DNA from: an uncultured Clostridia bacterium
Lineage (GTDB): Bacteria > Bacillota > Clostridia > TANB77 > CAG-508
Direction: 5' to 3'
NCBI GenBank assembly: GCA_947599825.1
Contig: CANQFS010000002.1
Span: 8,669-72,668 of the forward strand
Length of the DNA: 64,000 bases
Position 1 is the stretch's first letter. Each line of letters opens with the position of its first letter. Shown in pieces: positions 53,988 to 63,681 of the stretch. The notes below the pieces were generated by a model. That model was not told the DNA's origin. It did no database searches and saw nothing but the letters and a program-made list of their open reading frames with translations. A program made the translations under genes and the position numbers.

Positions 53988-55233
53988 TTATGTTTGTGAC
54001 ATTTGTTTTAACATCATGTCGGCAAATACGCCATAGCCTGTAGTTGGATCATTTACTAACACGTGAGTTACTGCTCCTACTAATTTTCCATTCTGTATAA
54101 TTGGAGAACCTGACATTCCGTTGAATAATTCCTCCTGTTTTTTCTAATAATTCACTGTCTATTACTTTAATTAGCATACTTTTATTATCTTTTTGATTAT
54201 TTGTATAAATTTTTTGTATTTCTATTTCATATTCTTTTTTATTGCCTTGTTCCAATTCGCATATAATTTGCGCTTTTCCTGTTTTTATTTCACTTCTATT
54301 TGCTACTTCTATTTCTTCACTAGAAAGTTGAAGTCTACTTTTATTTGTTAATTTTCCAAAAATTCCAAAGCTAGTATTTTTAGCAATTTCTCCTATTTTT
54401 ATTCCGCTTTCAATACTTCCTCTAATTTCACCTGGTTTTCCCTTTTCTCCTTTTTGCACAGATATAATATCAGTAGTTACTAATTCTCCATTACTTATAG
54501 TAATTAACTCTTCTGTATCTATATCAGTAATGCCATGTCCTAAAGAAGCAAACATTCCTGTTGATGGTACATAGAAAGTAGCTGTTCCTACTCCTGCTGC
54601 TGCGTCTCTAACCCACAAACCTAATTTATAATCTTTTTCCTTTGTTTGAACTGGCAAAATACTTGTTGTTTCCTCTTTTTCATTTCTTATATATTTAACT
54701 GATATTTCTTTCCCTTTTGACTGATTTACCGTTTCTATTAAATCATTTGTAGATAAAATTTGTGTATTATCTATAGATATAATTCTATCTCCCTCTTTGA
54801 TTCCTGTATTTTCATAAGGTTTTTGTCCTTCTATTTCTGTCATTCCAACTACTAGCACACCCTCTGTGTATAATTTTAAACCAATTGCATTTCCTAGTGG
54901 AATTACTGTTGTTTTAGGAATTACATTTACTGATATTTCTTTTACAGCAAACATGTTAAATAAATTTAAATTCAAGTCTATTTTCCCTATTTCTTGTAAA
55001 TTGCTGTTTTCTGTTGTACTTGAAGTCATTATTAATTGTCCTGCTTTGTATTGTCCTATATTTGGATTAGAATTTCCTACTTCTTGTATTTGAATTCCTA
55101 AAAGTTTAACGAAATTTAATTTTTCTCCTTGCATCAATAATATATTTTTAGGAAATAAAGTGATATTGGCAATATAAATGTATAAAATTAATAAAATTAT
55201 TAAAATTAACATTATTTTTATTTTTCTCTTCAA
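53988..55233 (-). pseudogene. spoIVB: SpoIVB peptidase (S55), disrupted by a frameshift just upstream of the catalytic GMSGSP motif
   Basis: The track ORF 54049-55233 has an N-terminal TM helix and a PDZ domain. The catalytic motif [40 protein letters not shown] is encoded in the +1 frame from about 54125 to the stop at 53988. An apparent extra C sits in caaCggaatg. Confidence 0.6.
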
Positions 55234-55317
55234 TGTTATCCTTCCTTACATTTATTTTTTATTTATTTTAACCACTTTAGCTATTTTTATAAAATTATTT
55301 TATGAAGATACAAAAAA

Positions 55318-55353
55318 ATAAGATTTGAGTTATAATTTTAACTCAAATCTTAT
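55318..55353. terminator. Bidirectional terminator after the giant adhesin gene
   Basis: The stem aagatttgagtt/aactcaaatctt, flanked by an A-run and a T-run. Confidence 0.6.
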
Positions 55354-55428
55354 TTTTTTAGTTTGTATTTTACACACTTTTTTATTTGCTATGAGTCTTA
55401 ACATTTAGTAGAAAATGTTCTTAAAGTA

Positions 55429-58400
55429 TTAATATCCGCATATTAACTGTCCTTCTTTGTTGCAATTTAATATACCTACCTCACATTTTCCACCATAATG
55501 TTCGTTACACTTATCTCCTGGTGTTGCTTTTTTTTCATGCCAATCCCATACAGAATTTCCTACCAAATGGCCGTTTTCACATTTATGGAATTCATGGTTA
55601 TCATATGGAGTATATAATTGAGCTCCACACGGTCTATAACACGTTCCTTCCCAAGGTTGACCACTTTCATGTTCTATATGTTTATGGTAACATGAATCAG
55701 TATGAACGTGTTCAACTTTAACTGTACCTTTAGAGTAATCTATATTACTTATATTTCCCGCATTATCCTTTACCCATGCATAATAGGTTATATTTACACT
55801 TAAACTAAATGAATTATATCTTTGGAAATATGAAGGTTGTGCAGTAGTTGTTGTTAGCGCATATCCTGCTATTCCTGAGCCATCTCCATCTGTTGCATTT
55901 ATCCAAGCAGTAGTACCTGATGCAGATACAGAATTAACAGTTGGTGGTGTTTTATCAATATTAGTAATTTGTCGTTGTGCTATTCCATTATATTGTCCTG
56001 TACTATCTACTATTTTTGCACAGAAGGTGTTATTTTCATCAAATACTTGAGTTGATGTATTACTCCATGTTCTTCCACCATCTTTGCTTGTTACTATGCT
56101 AAATTCGTTAGATATGTTTGCACTTGCTGTTACAGTTACATATTGATTAGTCCAATCATGTGGGGTATAAGTAATTGTTATGTTTGATGATAATGGTACT
56201 GTTTGTGTTGTAATTCTACTATTTGAATTTATATTACTAATATTTCCAGCTCCATCTCTTACCCATGCATAGTATGTTGTTGATTGTGTTAAATTACCTA
56301 TTGTATTTGAAGACGTGAATTGACCTAATGCTGGTTTTGAAGGAGTTGTTGTTACTGCATATCCTGTTACTTGTGAGCCTCCTACATCTGTTGCAGTTAT
56401 TGTTGCGCTATTGGTTGTTGTTTCTACTGCATCAACAGTTGGTGGCATTTTATCTATATTACTAATTGCTAATTGCGCCATTCCATTTGATTGTCCTGTA
56501 CTATCCTCTAGTTTTGCATAGAATGTTCCATTGCTATTAAATGTTTGACTTGTTGCATTTGTCCAATTTCTTCCATTTGTACTTGTTTTTAATGTATATC
56601 CATCTACTGTTGTATATGCAAATGCTACTACGTTTCCATTAGTCCACTTTTGTGGATTATATGCAAATGTTATATTTCCTGTTGCTGATGTTACTTGTAC
56701 TTTAAATGTATTTTTAGAATCAACATTGTTTATATTTCCTGCATTATCTTTTACCCATGCATAGTATGTTATATTTTGTTTTAAGCCTGTAAATGTATTT
56801 GTTGTTTTGAAGCCTGTTGTTGGTTTTGAATTATTCGTTGTCATTGCATATCCTGCTATTCCTGAGCCTCCTGCATCTGTAGCTATTATTGTTGCACTAT
56901 TGCTTGTTACAGATACATTACTTATGGTTGGTAGTATTTTATCAATATTGGTAATTGATAATTGTGCCATTCCATTTGATTGTCCTGCACTATCTACTAA
57001 CCTTGCATATACTATTCCATTATTATCTAATGTTTGACTTGCTGTAGTGGTCCATGAAATTCCATTCTTACTTGTTTGCAATGTGTATCCACTTATAGTT
57101 GCTGTTGCTGTTACTGTTACACTTGCATTGGTCCAAGTGGTTGGAGTATAGGTGAAGATTATATTTCCTAATGATGATGCTACTTCTCCTACTGTAAATG
57201 GACTTCCATCACTTATATTTCCTGCTTTATCTATTACCCATGCATAGTATACTGTATTTTGCTTTAAGCCTGTAAATACATTTGATTCTTGGTAGCCATC
57301 TGTTGGTCTTGTATTTGTTTCTGTTATTTTATATCCTGCTATTACTGAACCACCTGCATCTGTTGCTATTATTGTTGCACTATTAGTTGTTGTTTCTACT
57401 CTTTGAATAATTGGTGGTGTTTTATCTATATTGTTTACTGTTAATTGTGCTACTCCATTTGATTGTCCTGTACTATCTACTAGTTTTGAATATATTGTAC
57501 CATTGTCTGTTAATGTTTGTGTTGTCGTTTTCTCCCATGTTATTCCATCTTTACTTGTTTCTATGGTGTAATCATTTTCCGTTGTGTCTGATGTTACTAC
57601 TACATCTCTATTTGTTGGGCCTTGTGGTTCATACTTAAATGTTATATTTCCTTCTGATTTTGCTACACTTCCTATAGTGAATTTTCTTCCTTCACTTACA
57701 TTTCCTACATTATCTTTTACCCATGCATAATATGTTGTATTTTGTGCTAGATTTTCAAATACATTTGATTTTTGGAATCCTGCTACTGGTTTTACATTTG
57801 CTTCTGTTATTGCATATTCTGCTATTCCTGAACCGTTTGCATTATCTGTTGCTATTACTGTTGCTCTATTACTTGTTATTTCTACATTACTGATTGTTGG
57901 TGCTATTTTGTCTATATTTGTTACTTTAACTGATGCTGTTTCACTTGTATAGTCTTTTATTCTTGCATATACGGTTCCATTTTGTGTTAGTTTTTGACTT
58001 GACGTATCTTGCCATGTACTTCCATCTGTACTTGTTTGTAGTGTCATTCCTCCTACATTTGTTGCTGTTACTATAACATCTCCATTTGTCCATGTACTTG
58101 GTGTTACATTAAATATAATATTTCCTATTACTTTTGTTGTAAATTGTTGACTCTTACTTATATTTCCTATTTCATCTTTTACCCATGCATAGTATGTTCT
58201 TTCTGGTATTAGTCCTGTTTGAGTTACTGTTATTTGAGATTGTTTTGTGCAGTTTGTGAAGCTTGATGGTGCTACATTTGCTTCTGTTACTGCGTAACCT
58301 ACTATATCATTTACATCTCCTACTGCTCTTATTGTTACTGTAGTTGGTGTTGGGGTTACTGATGTTATTACTGGCTCTGTTCTATATGTATATAAGCTAT

Positions 58401-59748
58401 TTTCGGCTTCCGTATTTATAAATATTAATTCATATCTTTTTCTTGCTAGTGCTGTTAAATAGTCTTTTCTTAAATTTGTACTACTTAATCTATTTGTTGC
58501 TTGTATGTTTTTCTCATATTCATCTGTGTTTTTGTTGTATTGTGTTATTTTTCCTCTTATTATGTCGTTTATATCATAAGTTTCAACACTATTTACCATA
58601 CAATAGTAACATTTTTCATTTGCATGTGGATAAAAATGTACTTCTTTTACTTCATCTGTTTGTCCTGGTACTAATATTGTTTCAGAAGATATTGTTTGTC
58701 TTTCAAAATCAACATTGTTGTATGCTTGTATTACTTTTTTATCTTCTTCTATTATCTTTTTACATGTTGGCAAATGTACTTGTCCATCTTCTGTTATTAC
58801 ATATATTGAATCTTCTGATATAAATTCTTTATTTTTATCATTTGTAATTATACAATAATTGTTATAATATTTACTTCCTATTGGAATTCCTTGCATAAAG
58901 CTTGCTACTGCTATGTTACTGGTTATTTTTTCCCAATCTTCTTCGTTAAATATTGGCATTACAAATTCATAAGTATGTGCACTTGTGTTGAAGTTTGCTA
59001 TTGCTGTTGATAGATTTGATATAATTGATTTTCTTATTACAGAAATTCTATTTTCTTGGAATGTTGACCCTTCTTTTGTTGGGTCATTGTCTTCATTTAA
59101 TAGAAATATTTCTTCTTCTCCTGTGTTTACTGCAAAATCATTAATTGGGTTTCCATCGCTGTCTAATGCATCTATTTGTGTTATATTTCCTAAATGACTA
59201 TTAATCCATATACTAAAATCATAAGCATTTTTGTAATATTGCACTGCACTATTACTGTATAAGTGCCCTCCTGTTGTCATACTATTTACAAATTTTAATG
59301 TGTCGCTGTCTGTAATATATTGCTTTTTATTATTACTATTCCAAAAATAACCTACATTGTCTTTGTATATTTTTCTGTTGTTATGAACAGTATATTCATA
59401 TTCATTACGAGATGCATTAGAACCACCATCTAAAGTAATTAATTGTTCTGTTAAAATTTCTCTTTCTATTAATGCTCCATCATATATTAATGAAATAGCA
59501 TTTCCATTTCCATCTACTTTTATATCACTAACATTGCTAGGATTTATTAGTGTTCCTGTCTTTGTTTGATATTTTCCGTCTATTATTCCATAGATAGTAA
59601 TAGTGTTATCTAGTGTGTAATTTACTACAAAATCATTGTTTCCTTTTTTATATCTACATGAATAATAAATAAATGGTTTTAGCCCATATTGATAGTCTTT
59701 TATGATGTCGTTGTAATATTCACTGTAAATGTAATAACCATCATACAT
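55429..59748 (-). CDS. Giant repeat surface protein (1439 aa): about 7 Fn3/Ig-like repeats and a Cys/His-rich C-terminal domain
   Basis: Repeats of about 130 aa, each with IDK(T/I)PPT(I/V), GSGIAGYA(V/L)T and TYYAWVKDNAGNIS. The C-terminal 100 aa carry at least 12 Cys and many His. There is no signal peptide of its own, but the upstream ORF supplies one in a neighbouring frame. Confidence 0.7.
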   Translation of the reverse strand: MYDGYYIYSEYYNDIIKDYQYGLKPFIYYSCRYKKGNNDFVVNYTLDNTITIYGIIDGKYQTKTGTLINPSNVSDIKVDGNGNAISLIYDGALIEREILTEQLITLDGGSNASRNEYEYTVHNNRKIYKDNVGYFWNSNNKKQYITDSDTLKFVNSMTTGGHLYSNSAVQYYKNAYDFSIWINSHLGNITQIDALDSDGNPINDFAVNTGEEEIFLLNEDNDPTKEGSTFQENRISVIRKSIISNLSTAIANFNTSAHTYEFVMPIFNEEDWEKITSNIAVASFMQGIPIGSKYYNNYCIITNDKNKEFISEDSIYVITEDGQVHLPTCKKIIEEDKKVIQAYNNVDFERQTISSETILVPGQTDEVKEVHFYPHANEKCYYCMVNSVETYDINDIIRGKITQYNKNTDEYEKNIQATNRLSSTNLRKDYLTALARKRYELIFINTEAENSLYTYRTEPVITSVTPTPTTVTIRAVGDVNDIVGYAVTEANVAPSSFTNCTKQSQITVTQTGLIPERTYYAWVKDEIGNISKSQQFTTKVIGNIIFNVTPSTWTNGDVIVTATNVGGMTLQTSTDGSTWQDTSSQKLTQNGTVYARIKDYTSETASVKVTNIDKIAPTISNVEITSNRATVIATDNANGSGIAEYAITEANVKPVAGFQKSNVFENLAQNTTYYAWVKDNVGNVSEGRKFTIGSVAKSEGNITFKYEPQGPTNRDVVVTSDTTENDYTIETSKDGITWEKTTTQTLTDNGTIYSKLVDSTGQSNGVAQLTVNNIDKTPPIIQRVETTTNSATIIATDAGGSVIAGYKITETNTRPTDGYQESNVFTGLKQNTVYYAWVIDKAGNISDGSPFTVGEVASSLGNIIFTYTPTTWTNASVTVTATATISGYTLQTSKNGISWTTTASQTLDNNGIVYARLVDSAGQSNGMAQLSITNIDKILPTISNVSVTSNSATIIATDAGGSGIAGYAMTTNNSKPTTGFKTTNTFTGLKQNITYYAWVKDNAGNINNVDSKNTFKVQVTSATGNITFAYNPQKWTNGNVVAFAYTTVDGYTLKTSTNGRNWTNATSQTFNSNGTFYAKLEDSTGQSNGMAQLAISNIDKMPPTVDAVETTTNSATITATDVGGSQVTGYAVTTTPSKPALGQFTSSNTIGNLTQSTTYYAWVRDGAGNISNINSNSRITTQTVPLSSNITITYTPHDWTNQYVTVTASANISNEFSIVTSKDGGRTWSNTSTQVFDENNTFCAKIVDSTGQYNGIAQRQITNIDKTPPTVNSVSASGTTAWINATDGDGSGIAGYALTTTTAQPSYFQRYNSFSLSVNITYYAWVKDNAGNISNIDYSKGTVKVEHVHTDSCYHKHIEHESGQPWEGTCYRPCGAQLYTPYDNHEFHKCENGHLVGNSVWDWHEKKATPGDKCNEHYGGKCEVGILNCNKEGQLICGY

Positions 59749-59791
59749 TGTGTATAAAATAGCAGGTATGAATTCTTTTAAGGTATCTGCA

Positions 59792-60073
59792 TTATATCCG
59801 ACTACTTCCTAATTCTGTTCCTAGTGAATTATAAAATGAAGATATGGAGGCTTCTATGTCTCTAACTTTAGAATCATTTATTGAGGAATATTTATTATTA
59901 ATAGTATTTAATTGAAAACTTCTTATTGCATCATAAGTTGCTGTTAATAGTTTATTGTCGAATTCTGTTTGCACAGATATAGTGTCTATTTGTGCTTGTA
60001 TGTAAGAGGTTACAACAATTGAAACTGGCAACATTATGATTACAAATATGATTGCTAAATACTGTATTTTCAT
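59792..60073 (-). CDS. Small signal-peptide ORF, possibly the N-terminus of the giant protein separated by a frameshift
   Basis: 93 aa, starting MKIQYLAIIFVIIMLPVSIVVTSYIQAQ. Its stop overlaps a stop in the frame of the downstream gene. The downstream frame is open from 59810 through the ATG at 59748. Confidence 0.5.
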   Translation of the reverse strand: MKIQYLAIIFVIIMLPVSIVVTSYIQAQIDTISVQTEFDNKLLTATYDAIRSFQLNTINNKYSSINDSKVRDIEASISSFYNSLGTELGSSRI

Positions 60074-60136
60074 TTGTTTCCCTTTCTTGTTTTTTGAAAA
60101 AAAATAGTGGAGTAGTTGTGCTCCACTTTGTTTATT

Positions 60137-60661
60137 TTACTTTGTTCCGTTTACGGTAACAATTCCTGCATGTCGAGCAGCAATTTGATAAGTATCATTT
60201 CCTGTTAATTGATATAGAAAGTTTTTTAGCAATTGTGAAATGGTTTGATTTGTGTTTTTTGCTGTAACGGATACTCTGTCGCCTTCTTTTAAGGTTATTC
60301 GTCCATTTTTTGTTAAATCTTCTTCTACTTGTGTAGTGTATAAATGATAATATAAGTTTTCTCCTATTTTTGTCATTTCTGCTTGTGTTGTTTTTACACC
60401 AGGGTTTTCATCTAATAATTGTAGTTCTACTTCTACATCAAAAGAGTTTCCTGTTGATGCTATAGTTGATATATATTTATCATATTCATCTAATGTCAGT
60501 TTTCCTGTGGTTCTAACCTTGTCTACAAATTCTGTAGTAGCTGTTTGTACGGCTAATTTTGATACATCATCTGTTCTATCAGACATGGACATGAGTGGAA
60601 AAACAAACATTAAGATAGCTGCTAAAAAAATTGCTACAATGGTAATTAAACTATCTCCCAT
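60137..60661 (-). CDS. Small N-terminally anchored protein of the filament-like operon
   Basis: 174 aa, starting MGDSLITIVAIFLAAILMFVFPLMSM. Confidence 0.55.
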   Translation of the reverse strand: MGDSLITIVAIFLAAILMFVFPLMSMSDRTDDVSKLAVQTATTEFVDKVRTTGKLTLDEYDKYISTIASTGNSFDVEVELQLLDENPGVKTTQAEMTKIGENLYYHLYTTQVEEDLTKNGRITLKEGDRVSVTAKNTNQTISQLLKNFLYQLTGNDTYQIAARHAGIVTVNGTK

Positions 60662-60676
60662 TTTTGTTTCCTCCTT

Positions 60677-61423
60677 TTAATTTATTTTGGTAAAAATAAT
60701 AATTCTTTTCTTTTTTTCTTTGACTAAACTGCTTACAGTTGAGCCATCTTGTGTATCATTTGCCTGATTGCTAGAATAGTTATATTCTCCTATGGTTTCT
60801 ACAAATTTTGTATTTCTATGTTGGTTAATAAAACCTGAATATGTAATATAATTACTGTTGTTATTTGGGTTTTTATAGATTCCTCCCCATAAAAAGCAAT
60901 CTAAATTTTCTTTTGTTTTGTCTAAGCTACCTGTCCAAGGTTCGTGTCTTGAAGTTTCTTCTTCTACGTCAAAGGAAAATATTTCTTTGCTTCCCTCTTT
61001 ATTGTAACCACCTGAAAAATACGAATTATATTTTGCATTCATCATACTATCGTAAGAGTTTCCCCACAATATAGTATTTGTACGTGTTTTATATGTAGAA
61101 GGTGTTGTATATAAAGTAAGTGGCTTTGTATTACTAAATTCTCCTGTTGTTTCATCATAATTACCTTCACGGAAACATACGGTATAATTTTCCTGATAAT
61201 ATTTATATAAAGTTGGTAGGATTGTTTCTAGTCCTACAATTCTGTTTTGAGCAGCCTTACCGGTAGCTCCTTGGTAATCATAATAATTTGTTTCGTCTGA
61301 CGTATATAGTACAACGTCTGAAACTGATTTTACATTGCTAAATACTGTCATTCCAACAGATAAGGCTAGTGCAAAGACTAGAACAGCAAATCCCATCAAT
61401 AAGGCTTCTGCTGCATTTTCCAT
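60677..61423 (-). CDS. MENA-motif pilin-like protein D
   Basis: Starts MENAAEALLMGFAVLVFALALSVGMTVF. 248 aa. Confidence 0.6.
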   Translation of the reverse strand: MENAAEALLMGFAVLVFALALSVGMTVFSNVKSVSDVVLYTSDETNYYDYQGATGKAAQNRIVGLETILPTLYKYYQENYTVCFREGNYDETTGEFSNTKPLTLYTTPSTYKTRTNTILWGNSYDSMMNAKYNSYFSGGYNKEGSKEIFSFDVEEETSRHEPWTGSLDKTKENLDCFLWGGIYKNPNNNSNYITYSGFINQHRNTKFVETIGEYNYSSNQANDTQDGSTVSSLVKEKKKRIIIFTKIN

Positions 61424-61440
61424 ATTCTTTTATTCCTTTA

Positions 61441-61884
61441 CTATTTTTTTACAATTCCAATTCCTACTACGTAACCAGAGTTTGAATCATAACTAAGTGA
61501 TACTGTATAAGTGTTTCCTGTTTTAATTTTTGCTTTTACGTCAGAAATAGCTTGAGTAGTAACAGCTTCAGTTGACACTGTAGTTGGTAAAGTAAGTGAA
61601 CCAGAATCTTGATAAACAAGTTTAATATGTCTTGAAACATCATCTGGATAATCTTGATTATGACTTCTTACTTTCTCACATAAAGCTCTTACTTGTGTTC
61701 CTGATCTTGTTCCTTCATAAGCTAAAAATGGTTGGTTATAAGCGTCCCTTTCTTGTTCTGATACACTTGAGCTTTGTTGTATTGTTTCAATTACATTACC
61801 TACAATCATAACACCTAATGAAATGATAATAATAGATATTAAAATAGCTCCTGCAATTATTAATGCTTTTGATGCATTTTCCAT
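61441..61884 (-). CDS. MENA-motif pilin-like protein C
   Basis: The start was chosen at MENASKALIIAGAILISIIIISLG. The track ORF carries an unlikely 17-aa basic extension. The C-terminal half is beta-rich. Confidence 0.6.
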   Translation of the reverse strand: MENASKALIIAGAILISIIIISLGVMIVGNVIETIQQSSSVSEQERDAYNQPFLAYEGTRSGTQVRALCEKVRSHNQDYPDDVSRHIKLVYQDSGSLTLPTTVSTEAVTTQAISDVKAKIKTGNTYTVSLSYDSNSGYVVGIGIVKK

Positions 61885-61999
61885 AATAATATTCCTCCTT
61901 TGTTTTTTATGTTTTTTATTATTGTAAGGGAACATATTTTTATATTTTATTTTTTTTATATTTTATAATGTGTTCCTCTTAAAATTAATACCAATATAA

Positions 62000-62428
62000 T
62001 TAAATTTGTTCAAATAATAAATATTTGATTTGCTTTGTTTTTTCATGATATTCTTTTTGGGTACAAATAAATTTTATATTGCTATAGTTTTTTATAAATT
62101 CTTCTGCACCTAAAGCATAAATCGCTTCCATATCAAAAATAATATCTGATTCTAAAAACTTAACTTCAATACGAATTGAGTTTTCTTGGTTTTCAATATA
62201 TCTATTATGTTCATCTTTTGATATTTCATTTTTTTCGTTTTCGTCCATTGCTTTGTGAATTAAACTCATTAGAGATGAACCTAATATTTCCTCTTGCGTA
62301 TAACTTTCATATTGCTTATTCTTTTGGTTTGCTATAATTTGCATTTTTTGATAAGAATAATAGGTATAAAATAGAATAGCAAGGATAATTAAAAATGTTC
62401 CTATTATAACAAATAAGTTTTTTTTCAC
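62000..62428 (-). CDS. Small membrane-anchored protein
   Basis: Starts MKKNLFVIIGTFLIILAILFYTYY. Confidence 0.5.
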   Translation of the reverse strand: MKKNLFVIIGTFLIILAILFYTYYSYQKMQIIANQKNKQYESYTQEEILGSSLMSLIHKAMDENEKNEISKDEHNRYIENQENSIRIEVKFLESDIIFDMEAIYALGAEEFIKNYSNIKFICTQKEYHEKTKQIKYLLFEQI

Positions 62429-62510
62429 TTTTGCGTTCCTTCTTTTATTATAACATGTTTTATTTCTTTATGCAATTACATTTTATAAGTTTTTTTGATA
62501 ATTTTCGCAT

Positions 62511-63002
62511 TTATTTTTGCTTTTGAAAATTAATATACATAACCCTTTTTGTTATTGGGCTTACCTTAACATCAACACAGGTGTATGTACTTAAATTGTT
62601 AGTTCTTAGAAATTCATTTTTTTGTTCTTGAGTTTTCTTTTCAAAGTTTGTATCTTTATCTACCTGTACTTGCACATAATAAGTATTTGAATTATAACTA
62701 GTTTGCTCTGTTAATTCATAATCCATATTGTTTTGTCTTGCAAGATTTGTAACACTTATAATGTCATGTGCTGTTACTGTAATAGGTTTCTGTGTAGTTT
62801 TTCCATCTTTTTCTGTTACAATTGAACCGAAATATTTTAAATAATTTTCATTCCACTCTGCTGTTTTGTCTGCTTCCATTTGTTCAGTTGTACTTTTTCC
62901 AAGTTGAGAGAAAGTAGTAAACAAAATGGCACCAATACTAATAATTAGAACGCCAACTAATACTCCAGCTGCCATAAGTAATGCTTTTGATGCATTTTCC
63001 AT
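62511..63002 (-). CDS. MENA-motif pilin-like protein B
   Basis: Starts MENASKALLMAAGVLVGVLIISIGAILF. Confidence 0.6.
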   Translation of the reverse strand: MENASKALLMAAGVLVGVLIISIGAILFTTFSQLGKSTTEQMEADKTAEWNENYLKYFGSIVTEKDGKTTQKPITVTAHDIISVTNLARQNNMDYELTEQTSYNSNTYYVQVQVDKDTNFEKKTQEQKNEFLRTNNLSTYTCVDVKVSPITKRVMYINFQKQK

Positions 63003-63044
63003 TATTCACACCTTCCCTTTCTTAAGTATATAATTTTTGCCTAT

Positions 63045-63668
63045 TTACAAAGAGTAGTTCATTTTAATTACTCTGCCTGTATTTTCATCATGTTCGAAAC
63101 TTTCATATTTGAACATTTTTGTTTTTATTTGTTCTGCTAAATTTTTATAAGTATTATATTCTGCTACCTTGCTTTGATACTGATCTGGTAAAAAGCCTAA
63201 GCTTTCAGCATCTGTAGTTCTCATAGTAGCTAATTGGCTAATTAATCTTGAGTAAACTGATGTAGCATAAATTCGCTCATTTCCCAATTCTTCTACTTTT
63301 GCATTTACCTTGTTTAACTCATTTTCAAATGTAGTAGATGTATATGTTCCTTTTCTAAAGTAATTTCTGTTTAAATCATTATTAATTTTTATAGATATTT
63401 CTATTTTTGTATATCCTTCATTTTCTGCTTCTGTTTTATTATAGTTATTTATTTTATTTATAAGAGATAATATTTCACTTCCATATAAATTTCTAGCATA
63501 AACTTCATATTGATTGTTAAATTCTGCTATTTGTTCCTCGCGTGTTACACTTTTTTGTGTTTGTTGCATTCCTTTTAAAGATGTAAAAGATGCTACAAGT
63601 AACGAAATAACAATTAAAGAGATTAAAACTGAACCTGCCATAATAAGTGCTTTTGATGCATTTTCCAT
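63045..63668 (-). CDS. MENA-motif pilin-like protein A
   Basis: Starts MENASKALIMAGSVLISLIVISLLVASF. Confidence 0.6.
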   Translation of the reverse strand: MENASKALIMAGSVLISLIVISLLVASFTSLKGMQQTQKSVTREEQIAEFNNQYEVYARNLYGSEILSLINKINNYNKTEAENEGYTKIEISIKINNDLNRNYFRKGTYTSTTFENELNKVNAKVEELGNERIYATSVYSRLISQLATMRTTDAESLGFLPDQYQSKVAEYNTYKNLAEQIKTKMFKYESFEHDENTGRVIKMNYSL

Positions 63669-63681
63669 GTCTTATACCTCC

